A stretch of DNA of 64,000 nucleotides from a bacterium (GTDB taxonomy: Bacteria > Actinomycetota > Acidimicrobiia > Spongiisociales > ZC4RG35): the NCBI GenBank assembly GCA_028819345.1, contig JAPPLW010000099.1, positions 3,061-67,060 on the forward strand, given 5' to 3'. Below the pieces are notes generated by a model, which did no database searches, was not told the origin of the DNA, and saw only the letters and a list, made by a program, of their open reading frames with translations. The position numbers and the translations under genes are program-made. Shown here one piece after another: positions 38,215 through 48,275 of the stretch (position 1 is its first letter; each line of letters starts with the position of its first letter).

Positions 38215-39498
38215 TCATTGGAAAGTTCGAATATCACCTGGCGGAGAGAAAGGGGCAGACAATCCGTCAGGTTGGGGGGCTACCGTTCGGCTTCCCGAGA
38301 CGCCGGCTTTGCCCAACACCTCCAACAGCACCTCGTCGGTGTGCTGACCCATGAGGGGGGCTGGCCGGGGACCGACCCGTCCCGCTCCGAACTGAAGAGG
38401 ATGAGAGGCGGAGAGATACTCACCGATGCCAGGGTGCCTCACGTTCTCAAAGAGCGGGTTCTCCAGAGAGCACCGCGGGTCGTCGGTGACCAGTTGGCGA
38501 AAGGACTGATACGGTCCCCAACACAGCCGGTGGCCTCCCAGCGTCGCACCTGCCTCGGCCAGGGTCCTCGCTGCGAACCAGGGCTCGAGGACCGTGGAGA
38601 CCTCATCCCGCGCCCGGAAGCGATCTCCCTCCTTACGCAGGTCGAGGCCCCTCCGCCGCTCGATTCGGCGCATCTCATCGGTCGATCCCGTGGCTTCCAC
38701 CAGATCCTCCCATTGTCTATCTGTTATCACCACCACCATCAGCCTCCTCCCGTCGGAAGTGGCGAAGTCCCGCCCGTAGGCGCCGAATACGTAGTTTCGG
38801 TGGGATCCGCGGTCATGGTCGTTCACCATCACCTCGCCTAGGTGGCCCAGGGTGGAGACGGTTGCGAGGGCCACGTCGGTGAGGGAGAGGCGCACTAGCT
38901 GGCCCTCCCCGGTGCGCAAGCGATGGCGCTCGGCCGCCAGCACCCCCGACGCCACCATGTTGCCGGCAATCACGTCCCAGGCGGGCAGAACGTGGTTGAC
39001 GGGACCTGCGTCCGGGGGGCCGGTTATCTCCGGATAGCCCATGGCGGCGTTCACCGTGTAGTCCACAGCCACCGACCCATCGTAATTCCCCTGCAGCACC
39101 ACCATGATCATGTCGGGCCGCCGCTCGGCCAGCCGCTCATAGGGCAGCCAGGAGGGCGACAGGTTGGTGATGAATATTCCCGCATCCGAGCCAGGCGCCG
39201 TGATCAGGTCCACCAGGGTCGTTCTTCCACGCTCGCTTCGCATGTCGAGGGTGACGGAGCGCTTCCCGGCGTTGAGACCCGCCCAATAGAGACTCCGGCC
39301 CTCGGAGGTGACCGGCCAGCGCCCGTAATCCAAGCCGCCTCCGGGGGGGTCGACCCGGATCACGTCGGCGCCCAGCGAGGCGAGCGTCAGCCCGGCCAGA
39401 GGCACTGCGACGAACGCCGAAAGTTCCACCACCCGCATCCCTGCCAGAATGCCTCCTTGCGCGGTTTCCTCAATGTCCCTGGATCCCATTGACGCCAT
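38215..39498 (-). CDS. family III CoA-transferase (CaiB/BaiF; mesaconyl-CoA transferase-like)
   Basis: MRVVELSAFVAVPLAGLTLASLGADVIRVDPPGGGLDYGRWP and C-terminal PLMGQHTDEVL are typical of family III CoA-transferases. 427 aa. Confidence 0.85.
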   Translation of the reverse strand: MASMGSRDIEETAQGGILAGMRVVELSAFVAVPLAGLTLASLGADVIRVDPPGGGLDYGRWPVTSEGRSLYWAGLNAGKRSVTLDMRSERGRTTLVDLITAPGSDAGIFITNLSPSWLPYERLAERRPDMIMVVLQGNYDGSVAVDYTVNAAMGYPEITGPPDAGPVNHVLPAWDVIAGNMVASGVLAAERHRLRTGEGQLVRLSLTDVALATVSTLGHLGEVMVNDHDRGSHRNYVFGAYGRDFATSDGRRLMVVVITDRQWEDLVEATGSTDEMRRIERRRGLDLRKEGDRFRARDEVSTVLEPWFAARTLAEAGATLGGHRLCWGPYQSFRQLVTDDPRCSLENPLFENVRHPGIGEYLSASHPLQFGAGRVGPRPAPLMGQHTDEVLLEVLGKAGVSGSRTVAPQPDGLSAPFSPPGDIRTFQ

Positions 39499-39622
39499 CC
39501 TAGGATTGCATCCTCCGTTTGAGTTCGCAGTTCATGCCGGGAAGTCCCTCCCGGCCTCTGCCGCTTTGCCGTCGCCGACTCACCGCGCGCCGGGGCCGGA
39601 GGGGGAAACTAGCCTTACCAAC

Positions 39623-39994
39623 ATGGTAGAGATTATTGAAGAGGGCCGGTACAGGACCGAGGACTTCTCCGGCGAGTTGACCGAGGCGCGTGACGGCAAC
39701 CGCCAACTCGGCACCCGTCTCCTGTACCGGAACGACGAGGTGGGAGTTTGGGAAGTACGTCTCAAGCCAGGCGAGAGAGGCGGCTTCCACCTTCACGACC
39801 GCCATTACTTCTGGACAGTGGTCAAGGGCGGGATCGGCAAGCAGCGCACCGCGGACGGCGTCTATCACATTCGTCGCTACGAGGAGGGGGACACCAGCTT
39901 CCTGCCCCACACTCCTTGCGATTCGGTGATCCACGACTTCGAGAACGCAGGGGACACCGAGATCCGCTTCATCACGGTCGAACTGTACGACTAG
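39623..39994 (+). CDS. cupin-fold protein
   Basis: 123 aa from ATG 39623 (track ORF trimmed). GVWEVRLKPGERGGFHLHDRHYFWTVVKG...HDFENAGDTEIRFITVE has the cupin two-motif pattern. Confidence 0.6.
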   Translation: MVEIIEEGRYRTEDFSGELTEARDGNRQLGTRLLYRNDEVGVWEVRLKPGERGGFHLHDRHYFWTVVKGGIGKQRTADGVYHIRRYEEGDTSFLPHTPCDSVIHDFENAGDTEIRFITVELYD

Positions 39995-39997
39995 CCC

Positions 39998-41566
39998 ATG
40001 ACGGCAGAGGTGGCCCGGCAGGTGGTCGAAGGCCTCCGCGCGGGAGGAGCGAGGCTCCTGTTCGGGGTACCCGGCGGGGGTCCCAACCTGGAGATAGTGG
40101 GGGCCGCCGCCACACTGGGAATCCCATTCGTCCTCTTCCACACGGAGGCCGCCGCATGCATCGCCGCCTCCACCTTCGGGCTCCTGAGCGATTCCGTGGG
40201 CGTGGCGGTCGTCACCCGCGGTCCGGGAGTGGCTTCCGCCGCCAACGGAATGGCGCAGGCCACGCTGGACAAACAGCCCCTGGTGCTGGTGGGTGACACG
40301 GTTCAGGCGTCCAACCGTTCCTGGGTGGGACATCAGCAGTTCGATCAGCCCGCCATGATGAGACCGGTGACCAAGTGGAGCGGGACGGTGGGTCACTCGG
40401 GGACGGCCCGGGCGTCCGAAGCCGCGGCCTGCCTGGCCGCTGCTCACCCCCAGGGCGCGGTCCACATCGACATGGATAGTTCAGTGGCCGGCGATCTTCC
40501 CCCCGGTCCGCCCCCTCTCACCCAGGCCGGAGTAGTGCCTGATGAGATGCAGGGGTTGGTCCGGAGCGCGGAGCGTCCCCTGCTGATCGTGGGAACGGGA
40601 GCACTGCCCTGGATCAGGCAAGTGCGGCGGGTGGTGGCGGACTCTGGATGTCCGGTCCTGACCACCTATCACGCCAAGGGCCTGATAGACGAGGCCACGC
40701 CGGAGTTCGGCGGCCTCTTTACGAGCTCTCTCCTCGAGGAGTCGCTGCTCCGGCAATGCGACCTGGTGCTGGCGGTGGGAATGGATCCGGTGGAGCCCCT
40801 TCCCCGTCCCTTCGAGTACCCGATGCCGGTGATCGAGATAAACCCCTGGGAAAACCCCCTGCGCTTTTTCCCGGGCGAGGCCGAACTCAGAGGACCGGTT
40901 GGCCCGATCTTGGAGTCCCTTGCTCCCGACCTGGGCCGCCATCGGTGGGCCGTCGGCGCCGGACAGGAAGCCTGGCGGGAGGCCCGAGGCGCTCTCTGGG
41001 AGGACGGACCGGGCTTCACTCCCCATCAGGCGGTAGAGGCGGTAGCGGCGTGGAGCGCCAGACAGGGCGGCGCCACCGTGACTCTGGACGCCGGCGCCCA
41101 CTTTCTGGTGGCGATGCCATTCCTGCCGGCTACCCAGCCTCGCCGGATACTGATCTCCAACGGTCTCTCGACCATGGGATACGCTCTCCCCGCCGCCCTG
41201 GGGGCGGCGTGGGCGCGCCCCGGGACTCCGACGGTGTGCCTGACCGGCGACGGCGGGTTGGGCATCCCTCTTGCGGAGTTGGAGACCCTGGCCCGGACCG
41301 GCGCCGACGTGGTGGTGGTGGTGTTCAACGATGCGGCGCTGACGCTGATCGAGTTGAAGCAGTCTCCCGGCCAGGGAGGGCATGGGGCGGTGCGCTATCG
41401 CACCGTCGATTTCGCGGCTGTGGCCCGCGCCTGCGGAATGGAAGGCGTGGTGGCCGAGAACCAAGCCCAACTTGCGGCCGCTCTGGACGGACCCCGGCCC
41501 CGGCTGATCGACGCCCGCATCGATCCCAGCGCCTACCGGGCGGTGATCGAAACCTCCCGAGGCTAA
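39998..41566 (+). CDS. thiamine diphosphate-dependent enzyme, acetolactate synthase-like family
   Basis: 522 aa. LLFGVPGGGPNLEIV...TRGPGVASAANGMAQA (Pyr domain), C-terminal TGDGGLGIPLAELETLAR...VVVFNDAAL (ThDP-binding GDG...N motif). Confidence 0.8.
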   Translation: MTAEVARQVVEGLRAGGARLLFGVPGGGPNLEIVGAAATLGIPFVLFHTEAAACIAASTFGLLSDSVGVAVVTRGPGVASAANGMAQATLDKQPLVLVGDTVQASNRSWVGHQQFDQPAMMRPVTKWSGTVGHSGTARASEAAACLAAAHPQGAVHIDMDSSVAGDLPPGPPPLTQAGVVPDEMQGLVRSAERPLLIVGTGALPWIRQVRRVVADSGCPVLTTYHAKGLIDEATPEFGGLFTSSLLEESLLRQCDLVLAVGMDPVEPLPRPFEYPMPVIEINPWENPLRFFPGEAELRGPVGPILESLAPDLGRHRWAVGAGQEAWREARGALWEDGPGFTPHQAVEAVAAWSARQGGATVTLDAGAHFLVAMPFLPATQPRRILISNGLSTMGYALPAALGAAWARPGTPTVCLTGDGGLGIPLAELETLARTGADVVVVVFNDAALTLIELKQSPGQGGHGAVRYRTVDFAAVARACGMEGVVAENQAQLAAALDGPRPRLIDARIDPSAYRAVIETSRG

Positions 41567-41606
41567 GGTAGTCTGACCCCTAACCCACGGAGAGGAGCAA
41601 CCGAAG

Positions 41607-42137
41607 ATGTCTATAACAGTGGCCCAGTTCCTGGATGTTGCCGACGGCCTCCAGGCCAACCAGTTCTCAATAGGCAACCGCGTCCAGATCGCCGGGCTGA
41701 ACGATGTCGACCCCGACCACAAGCAACTGATGGACGGGCAAGTGACCGCCGTGATGGCCGTGATGGGTGGAGACGGACGCCCCAACCTCTCTGCAATGTG
41801 GTTCGACTACGACGGCGACATGGACCGGGTGCTGGTGAACGTAGCCGCTCACCGGAAGAAGACCTCCTGGATCAGAGCCAACCCACAGATCACCGTCATG
41901 CTGATGAACCCGGAGAATCCCTACCACTGGATGAGCATGAAGTGCACCGTGGAACGGGAAGTCTCCGAGGATGATCCCGAAGAAGGAGCGATGGTTACCG
42001 CCCAGTTGGACAAGATCTGGGACAAGTACACCGGAGCGGGGGGATCCTACGGCTTGCGGGATCCGTCCATGAACGAGCGTCGCGTGCTGTTCATCTGCAG
42101 GGTGGACCGGATCGCCACCTTCGGGAGATCTGCTTGA
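41607..42137 (+). CDS. PPOX-class (pyridoxamine-phosphate-oxidase fold) probable flavin/F420-dependent protein
   Basis: 176 aa. DGRPNLSAMWFDYDGDMDRVLVNVAAHRKKTSWIRANPQITVMLMNPENPYHWMSMKCTV is a split-barrel pattern. GGAGAGGAG Shine-Dalgarno upstream. Confidence 0.6.
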   Translation: MSITVAQFLDVADGLQANQFSIGNRVQIAGLNDVDPDHKQLMDGQVTAVMAVMGGDGRPNLSAMWFDYDGDMDRVLVNVAAHRKKTSWIRANPQITVMLMNPENPYHWMSMKCTVEREVSEDDPEEGAMVTAQLDKIWDKYTGAGGSYGLRDPSMNERRVLFICRVDRIATFGRSA

Positions 42138-42138
42138 C

Positions 42139-43332
42139 TTGACCGACAGCCGCTGGCCAAGGGTGGCGGTTATGGGAGGGTCGATCGGCGGCCTGACCGC
42201 CGGTTTGCTGTTGCGTGACCTGGGGTGCCAGGTGGACATCTACGAGCGTTCCTCCGAGGCCCTCCAGGATCGGGGGGCGGGGATCATCCTGCTCCCTCAT
42301 ACCTACCGATACTTCGACGAGCACAGCCCGCTTCGCACCGAAGAGGTCTCCATCGCGCCGTACTGGTGGACGTTCGTCGACCGATCGGGTCAGGTGCTGT
42401 CCAAGACGCCTCTGGGATCCCTGATCAGTTCCTGGAACACCATTTACAGAGGCCTCCTGTCGGATTTCGGGGAAGACCGGTATCACCTGCGAAAGGAGGT
42501 GGTCGGGTTCACCCAGACCCACGACGAGGTGCGGGTTGGGTTCTCCGACGGCGAGGAGGCCCGCGCCGATCTGCTGGTGGCGGCGGACGGCATCAACTCC
42601 CTGGCCAGATCGATCCTGAGTCCGAGCGTGCATCCTGCCTATGCCGGATACGTGGCCTGGCGGGGGACCATTCCCGAGTCGGAACTCAGCGGGGCCGCCT
42701 TCGATGAACTGGTCAACGCCATGGTGTACTGCCTGATGCCGTCAGGGCATTCCCTGGCCTACGCCATTCCCAGCCAGGCCGGAAGCCTGGTGGTGGGCGA
42801 GCGGTTGATGAACCTGGTCTGGTACTACAACTGCCCGGTCGGCCCTCGACTCGACGATCTCCTGACCGACAGGGAGGGTGTGAAGCGGTCCGCTTCCGTG
42901 CCCCCCGGCTACGTCCGTCCCGACCTCCTGTCCCGCATCCGTCGCGAAGCGACCGAGACCATGGCGCCGGTGGTGAGGGAGGTCGTGGACGGCGCCGAGG
43001 ATCTCTTCATCCAGGTGATATTCGACGTTGCCTCAGACCGCATGGCCGAAGGGAGGGTCTGTGTGATAGGCGATGCGGCCTTCTCTGTGCGTCCCCATGC
43101 CGCGGCCGGCACGGCCAAGGCCTGCGACGATGCATTTGCGCTGCGAGACGCCCTGGCGGAGGCCGGGGGCCACGTCAGAGAAGCCCTCCGGCGTTGGGAG
43201 CCCGGGCGCCTGCAGGTTGGACACAACCTGATTGCCCGGTCCCGCTGGATCGGGGAGGCTTACCAGGCCCGGTTCGACGCCGTCCCCGGAGACCCCAGGC
43301 TCAGCTACGGACTGTACGGGCCGGGCAACTAG
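42139..43332 (+). CDS. FAD-dependent aromatic-ring monooxygenase (2,6-dihydroxypyridine/salicylate hydroxylase-like)
   Basis: RVAVMGGSIGGLTAGLLLRDLGCQVDIYERS (GxGxxG), ADLLVAADGINS (DG motif), VCVIGDAAFSVRPHAAAGTAKA (GD motif). TTG start 2 nt after the previous stop. Confidence 0.8.
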   Translation: MTDSRWPRVAVMGGSIGGLTAGLLLRDLGCQVDIYERSSEALQDRGAGIILLPHTYRYFDEHSPLRTEEVSIAPYWWTFVDRSGQVLSKTPLGSLISSWNTIYRGLLSDFGEDRYHLRKEVVGFTQTHDEVRVGFSDGEEARADLLVAADGINSLARSILSPSVHPAYAGYVAWRGTIPESELSGAAFDELVNAMVYCLMPSGHSLAYAIPSQAGSLVVGERLMNLVWYYNCPVGPRLDDLLTDREGVKRSASVPPGYVRPDLLSRIRREATETMAPVVREVVDGAEDLFIQVIFDVASDRMAEGRVCVIGDAAFSVRPHAAAGTAKACDDAFALRDALAEAGGHVREALRRWEPGRLQVGHNLIARSRWIGEAYQARFDAVPGDPRLSYGLYGPGN

Positions 43333-43356
43333 GGCTCTTAGCGGTTGGACGCCGGG

Positions 43357-44538
43357 TCAACTTCCGGCCGATGCCCCCTCCGACTCTCCTCCGGCCGAGG
43401 CCGGGATCAGCCAGCGGAAGAGGGTGGGCGCCACGGTGGTGGTGACTATCGCCAGAAGAATGATGCTCCCCTCCTGGGAACTGGAGATGAATCCCAGGTG
43501 TCTCCCGATTTCCGCCACCACGATGATCAGGGATAGGCGGGCGGACAGCAACGCGGCGGCGGCGGCGATCGACCGAAGGCCGTGCCCGCGCAACACCAGC
43601 ACCAGCGCCGAGGCTGTCTTGACGGCGAAGGCGGCGATCACCAGCTTGCCGGTGAACACCAGCGCGTCCACATCGGTTACCGCAGTCAGATCGAAGCGGA
43701 TTCCAACGTCGATGAAGAATATGGGAATGAGAAACCCGTAGGAAAACCCCGAGAGCTTCCGATCCAGCGCACCCCGCTCGCGAAACACCAAGGCGATGAT
43801 CCCCCCGGCCAGGAAGGCTGCCAGCACCGACTCGATGCCCAACAGGCTGGCCACACCCACAAACACAAACAACAACGCCAACGTGGCGCGGATACCCATC
43901 TCCTCGGTGTCATCGGCGGCGAAGAGCGCTCCGAAGCGGTCCGGATGCCACCATGCTGCTCTTCTGATGCCCAGCAGCACCGCCGCCACGATAACGAAGA
44001 ACCCGGGTATCCCCAGGAGTCGCCACCCCGCCGCTCCTCCTGCCAGAACCGCAATGACCGTGACTCCCAGCAAGGTCAAGAAGTCAGCCAGGAGGGCCCC
44101 CAGCAGGATGTCCTGGCCGATCGGACGGGAAGCCACGCCCGCCGACCGGAGGCTCGGCACCACCAGTCCCACCGACGTTGTGGCCAGCACCATCACCATG
44201 AACGGGTCGGTGTCCAGAACCTGGCTGGCCACCCAGGAAGCCGAGAGAGTGGCACCGAATCCGAGCAGGCCAACCACTATGGGGCCCGATCCCTGGCGTT
44301 GGAAGAACCCCATGTTGATCTCGAACCCGGTGAGCAGCATGAGCATCAAAAAGCCCAGCCGGGCCAGTGATTCCAGCAGGGAAGAGGATGAAGCGATGTG
44401 CAGCACCGGACCTACGAGCACGCCGAACAGGATCTCCAACACCACCGGAGGAAGGCGGATACGCCGCGCCGCAAGTGGAAGGCCCAGAGCCGCCACGCCC
44501 ACCAGGATCAGGGTGATGGCGTCGGATGCCTCGATCAT
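43357..44538 (-). CDS. cation:proton antiporter (CPA2/Kef-like Na+/K+-H+ exchanger)
   Basis: 393 aa, about 11-12 hydrophobic helices, sodium/hydrogen-exchanger-family pattern (LILVGVAALGLPLAARRIRLPPVVLEILFGVLVGP). Confidence 0.8.
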   Translation of the reverse strand: MIEASDAITLILVGVAALGLPLAARRIRLPPVVLEILFGVLVGPVLHIASSSSLLESLARLGFLMLMLLTGFEINMGFFQRQGSGPIVVGLLGFGATLSASWVASQVLDTDPFMVMVLATTSVGLVVPSLRSAGVASRPIGQDILLGALLADFLTLLGVTVIAVLAGGAAGWRLLGIPGFFVIVAAVLLGIRRAAWWHPDRFGALFAADDTEEMGIRATLALLFVFVGVASLLGIESVLAAFLAGGIIALVFRERGALDRKLSGFSYGFLIPIFFIDVGIRFDLTAVTDVDALVFTGKLVIAAFAVKTASALVLVLRGHGLRSIAAAAALLSARLSLIIVVAEIGRHLGFISSSQEGSIILLAIVTTTVAPTLFRWLIPASAGGESEGASAGS

Positions 44539-44540
44539 CT

Positions 44541-45977
44541 TCAGCTACGGGAAGGAATCAGGATTACCGAGGAGTCCACCGTAGCGGCCATGAGGCCCAC
44601 GATCCCCGGACGCAAATAGGTGTATGGGTGACCGCCGATGCCCATCACCACCAGCGACGACGTGGACAGTTCGTCGACCACCCGGACCGGGTTTCCCCGA
44701 AGGATGCGCCTGCGGATGGTGACGCCGTGGACGGAGGCCTCCTCCCTGACCCGGCTGATCTGGCTCCGGATGTCGTGGAGAGTCTTTTCTCCGGGCAGGA
44801 ACTGGGGAGGGAGCACCCCAACCGTCTGGAGCGCCGTCCCTGAGTGGGAGGCCATGTCGATAGCCTCCCTGGTTCCCTGCCACTCTTCATCTTCTTCTCC
44901 CGTCATCACCACCAGCGGACCCGAGTAGGGGAAACGCCCCGAGGCGATCAGCAGGGGGACTCCTCTCTGGCGGCTCATCTCGATCAGTCCGACCACCTTT
45001 CGCCGACCGGGAGGGCGAGGAAACACCACCACTCCGACCGACTCGGTGGAGGCCGCTTCGAACGGCGCATCAAAACCCGGGGCGGAAGCCGGCATGAAAG
45101 AGATCTCGATGTTCTCGTGCCGCATTCGCCATTGGTCCATCCGGCGGCGCAGGTCTTCGGCGTCTTCCGGTTCCATCCGCTCCAGGGGAGGGTGGAGGGC
45201 CAGGATGGAGTCGGCAGCGGTGAACTTCACAAAGTGCGCCGCCTCGGCGAGCACCCCGTCGTCGGTCGGTCCGGCGGTGAGGGACACCGCCACCGAGAGC
45301 CCGTAGTCGAGAGGAAAGTTGGCGTGACCGGCTGTGAAGGTCTCCACCATGTCCGCATAGTCCTCGGTGGCGCCAACCACTGTCACCAGATCCCCCTCCT
45401 CCAGGACCGTGTTGCCGTGCGGAATAATCAGGCGCTGGTCTCGGAGCACGGTCGCCACCAACCATGAACGTAGCCCGAGGGACCGTACGGACACCCCACG
45501 GAGGGGCGAGTCGTTGGAGATGCGGAATTCCATGGCCTCGGCCAGGCCGTTGGCGAAGGCCGCCGACTGGGTCCGGCGCCCGTCCAGGTTGATCTCGACA
45601 TGTCGGGCGGTCAGGTTGTCGGCCGACACCACCGTCACGCCCAGTTCCCGGTATGAGGGGAGGTGCTCGTAGCGGCTGGCCACCGAGATGATCCGGGGCA
45701 CCCCCAGTTCACGGGCGTAGCGACAGGCCTCCATGTTGATGTCGTCGTCCCGGCTGGCGGCGATCAGGGCCTCGGCCCCCTCCAACCCCGCCCGGCGCAG
45801 CACCAGCCGACTCGATCCGTCTCCTCGGACGGTGTCTACCTGGCGGATCTGGCGGGCCATCTCCAGGGAGTCCTCCGCCGGGTCGATCAGGGTGATCTCC
45901 CATCTGTCGCCCAGCCGGCCGATGACGTTTCGAGAAACGTTCCCCGCCGACACGATCACCAACCTCACGGTGGCCAC
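44541..45977 (-). CDS. RCK (TrkA-N/TrkA-C)-like regulator fused to tandem universal-stress-protein-like domains
   Basis: N-terminus VRLVIVSAGNVSRNVIGRL is a degenerate GxGxxG. TrkA-C-like LRGVSVRSLGL...IPHGNTVLEEGDLVTVVG. The C-terminus ends like a USP (GNPVRVVDELSTSSLVVMGIGGHP...VDSSVILIPS). The stop is 2 nt before the antiporter start. Confidence 0.7.
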   Translation of the reverse strand: MATVRLVIVSAGNVSRNVIGRLGDRWEITLIDPAEDSLEMARQIRQVDTVRGDGSSRLVLRRAGLEGAEALIAASRDDDINMEACRYARELGVPRIISVASRYEHLPSYRELGVTVVSADNLTARHVEINLDGRRTQSAAFANGLAEAMEFRISNDSPLRGVSVRSLGLRSWLVATVLRDQRLIIPHGNTVLEEGDLVTVVGATEDYADMVETFTAGHANFPLDYGLSVAVSLTAGPTDDGVLAEAAHFVKFTAADSILALHPPLERMEPEDAEDLRRRMDQWRMRHENIEISFMPASAPGFDAPFEAASTESVGVVVFPRPPGRRKVVGLIEMSRQRGVPLLIASGRFPYSGPLVVMTGEEDEEWQGTREAIDMASHSGTALQTVGVLPPQFLPGEKTLHDIRSQISRVREEASVHGVTIRRRILRGNPVRVVDELSTSSLVVMGIGGHPYTYLRPGIVGLMAATVDSSVILIPSRS

Positions 45978-46018
45978 TCCCCGTTCTGGACCAGCCCGGA
46001 TACGGGTTCCATTCGATC

Positions 46019-46047
46019 AAGGGTACCCGCACGCCTAAGGTACCCTT
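46019..46047 (-). terminator. terminator-like hairpin after sucD (no U-tract)
   Basis: AAGGGTACC - 11-nt loop - GGTACCCTT forms a perfect 9-bp stem 27 nt downstream of the sucD stop, in a 96-nt intergenic gap. Confidence 0.35.
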
Positions 46048-46073
46048 GCGCCGAGCCGCAAGGTCAGGGTCGG

Positions 46074-47006
46074 CTACCTCCCCAGGGCCGCGGCCATCGC
46101 AGAGCCCATCTCGGACGGGGTGGCGGCTATCTCGATTCCGGCCCGGCGGAAGGCCTCTATCTTGCTCTGCGCAGTCCCTTGACCGCCTGAGATGATCGCC
46201 CCGGCATGCCCCATGCGCTTTCCGGGGGGCGCGGTCAGCCCGGCGATGAACCCGGCCACCGGCTTGGTCATGTGCGATCGAACGTAATCGGCGGCTTCCT
46301 CTTCGGCCGGCCCGCCTATCTCCCCGATCATCAGCACCCCTTCGGTGGCCGGGTCGGCCTCGAACAGTTCCAGGGCGTCGACGAAGCTGGTGCCGTTTAC
46401 CGGATCTCCCCCGATGCCCAGAGCGGTGGTCTGGCCAAGCCCCAGGTTGGTGAGTTGATAGACCGCCTCATAGGTCAGGGTCCCCGACCGGCTGATCACC
46501 CCGACCTTCCCCCGAGTGTGTATATAGCCGGGCATTATCCCGATCTTGCACTCCCCCGGGGTGATCACCCCCGGGCAGTTGGGTCCGATTAGGCGGACGG
46601 GACGCGACTCGAGATAGCGCTTGGCCTCCACCATGTCGTTGACCGGGATGCCCTCGGTGATGCAAACGATCAACTCCACCCCGGCCTCGGCCGCCTCCAT
46701 TATGGAATCGGCCGCCGCTGGGGGCGGGACGAATATCAGGCTGGCGTTGGCGCCGGTTGCGTCCACCGCCTCAGCCACACCCGAGAAGATCGGCAGGTCC
46801 ACCGAGAAGGAGTTTTCCCTCCCTTGCACTCCCGAGTGATCGGTCTCGCCCGAGAACTGCTCGGTCTCGCCCGCCCGGCGGGGATGGACACCGCCCACCA
46901 CCTCCGTGCCGTAGGCGATGATCTGTCCGGCATGGAAGCGACCGGCCCGGCCCAGACCCTGGATCAAGAGGCGAGTGTCCCGGCCGCAGAGGATGCTCAT
47001 CGGCAC
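46074..47006 (-). CDS. sucD: succinyl-CoA synthetase alpha subunit
   Basis: 310 aa. [43 protein letters not shown] (phospho-His loop). It carries the actinobacterial-type insertion after VGGV. Confidence 0.95.
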   Translation of the reverse strand: MPMSILCGRDTRLLIQGLGRAGRFHAGQIIAYGTEVVGGVHPRRAGETEQFSGETDHSGVQGRENSFSVDLPIFSGVAEAVDATGANASLIFVPPPAAADSIMEAAEAGVELIVCITEGIPVNDMVEAKRYLESRPVRLIGPNCPGVITPGECKIGIMPGYIHTRGKVGVISRSGTLTYEAVYQLTNLGLGQTTALGIGGDPVNGTSFVDALELFEADPATEGVLMIGEIGGPAEEEAADYVRSHMTKPVAGFIAGLTAPPGKRMGHAGAIISGGQGTAQSKIEAFRRAGIEIAATPSEMGSAMAAALGR

Positions 47007-48217
47007 AGCTCCACGATGCGGCGGGCGCCTTCGGCCATGTTGGTGGCCGAGATCACTCCCAGCCCCGACTCGGCGATGATCCTGCGTCCCAACTCCACGT
47101 TGGTGCCCTCCAACCGCACCACCAGCGGCACCGAAAGACCCACCTGCTCGGTGGCGGCCAGCACCCCTTTGGCTATCACGTCACAATGTACGATCCCCCC
47201 GAAGATGTTGACGAATATCCCCCTGACATTGGGATCGGCGGTGATGATTCGAAAGCCGGTCGCCACCCGCGCCTCGTCGGTATCCCCTCCCACGTCGAGA
47301 AAATTCGCGGGGCTTCCCCCGTAATGCTCAACGGTGTCCATGGTCGCCATGGCCAGACCCGCTCCGTTGACCATGCACCCTATCCGGCCATCCAGTTTCA
47401 CATAGTTGAGCCCGGCCTTCCTGGCCACGGTCTCGGCAGGCTCCTCCTCGCTCTCGTCCCGCAGCCCGGCGATCTCCGGGTGCCGGTGGAGAGCGTTGTC
47501 CTCAAAGGACAACTTGGCGTCCAACGCCAGCGCCTGCCCGGAGGCGTTGATCACCAGGGGGTTGATCTCCAGCAGTTCGGTATCGAGTTCCCCGGCGGCC
47601 GTGACCAGCCTTTGGACCAGGTCCACATAGGAGGAGGCCGCCGCGCCGGTGAGGCCCAGGCGCCCGGTGAGACGCCGCAGTTGGAAGGGCCGGATCCCCA
47701 CCGCGGGATCGATGATCTCGGTGTGCAGCTTCTCGGGTGACTCGGCCGCCACCTGTTCGATCTCCACTCCTCCCTCGGTAGAGGCCAGGAGAACCGGCCG
47801 GGCGATTCTCCGGTCCAACTGGATCGCCAGATAAAGCTCCTGCGCGATGTCCACCGCCGCCTCCAGAAGAACACGGTTCACCACCTTCCCCGAGGGCCCG
47901 GTCTGCACTGTCACCAGGGTGGAACCCAGCATCTTCTCGGCCAGTTCCGTCATCCGCTCCGCCATGAGGCTGGTCTGCCCGGAAGCGACGACGTTCACAC
48001 CGGCCAGGCCGGCGTCGGGGTGCTCGAGAAAGCGGCCCTTGCCACGGCCTCCGGCATGGATCTGCGCCTTGATGATCACCATGTGACCGCCGGTCTTCTC
48101 CATTATTGATGAGGCCGCTGCTCCGGCCTCCGCGGGAGTGAAGGCCACCGCCCCCAGCGGAACGGTTACTCCATAAGACGCAAGCAACTCCTTGGCCTGG
48201 TGCTCATGAATGTTCAC
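46997..48217 (-). CDS. sucC: succinyl-CoA synthetase beta subunit (ADP-forming)
   Basis: 406 aa. [17 protein letters not shown]..., ATP-grasp domain, C-terminal [12 protein letters not shown]. It overlaps sucD by 10 nt. Confidence 0.95.
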   Translation of the reverse strand: MNIHEHQAKELLASYGVTVPLGAVAFTPAEAGAAASSIMEKTGGHMVIIKAQIHAGGRGKGRFLEHPDAGLAGVNVVASGQTSLMAERMTELAEKMLGSTLVTVQTGPSGKVVNRVLLEAAVDIAQELYLAIQLDRRIARPVLLASTEGGVEIEQVAAESPEKLHTEIIDPAVGIRPFQLRRLTGRLGLTGAAASSYVDLVQRLVTAAGELDTELLEINPLVINASGQALALDAKLSFEDNALHRHPEIAGLRDESEEEPAETVARKAGLNYVKLDGRIGCMVNGAGLAMATMDTVEHYGGSPANFLDVGGDTDEARVATGFRIITADPNVRGIFVNIFGGIVHCDVIAKGVLAATEQVGLSVPLVVRLEGTNVELGRRIIAESGLGVISATNMAEGARRIVELCR

Positions 48218-48275
48218 AGCCCATCTATGGTACCCCTCGCCGGGGCGCCTCCTACCCCGACCCGACCGCGGCTCG

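Noticed and set aside
40481-41785. 434-aa minus-strand ORF, and the 307-aa plus-strand ORF at 40648-41571
   Set aside because: They overlap the ThDP enzyme gene, antisense or out of frame. The products are Arg/Gly/Pro-rich with no motifs.
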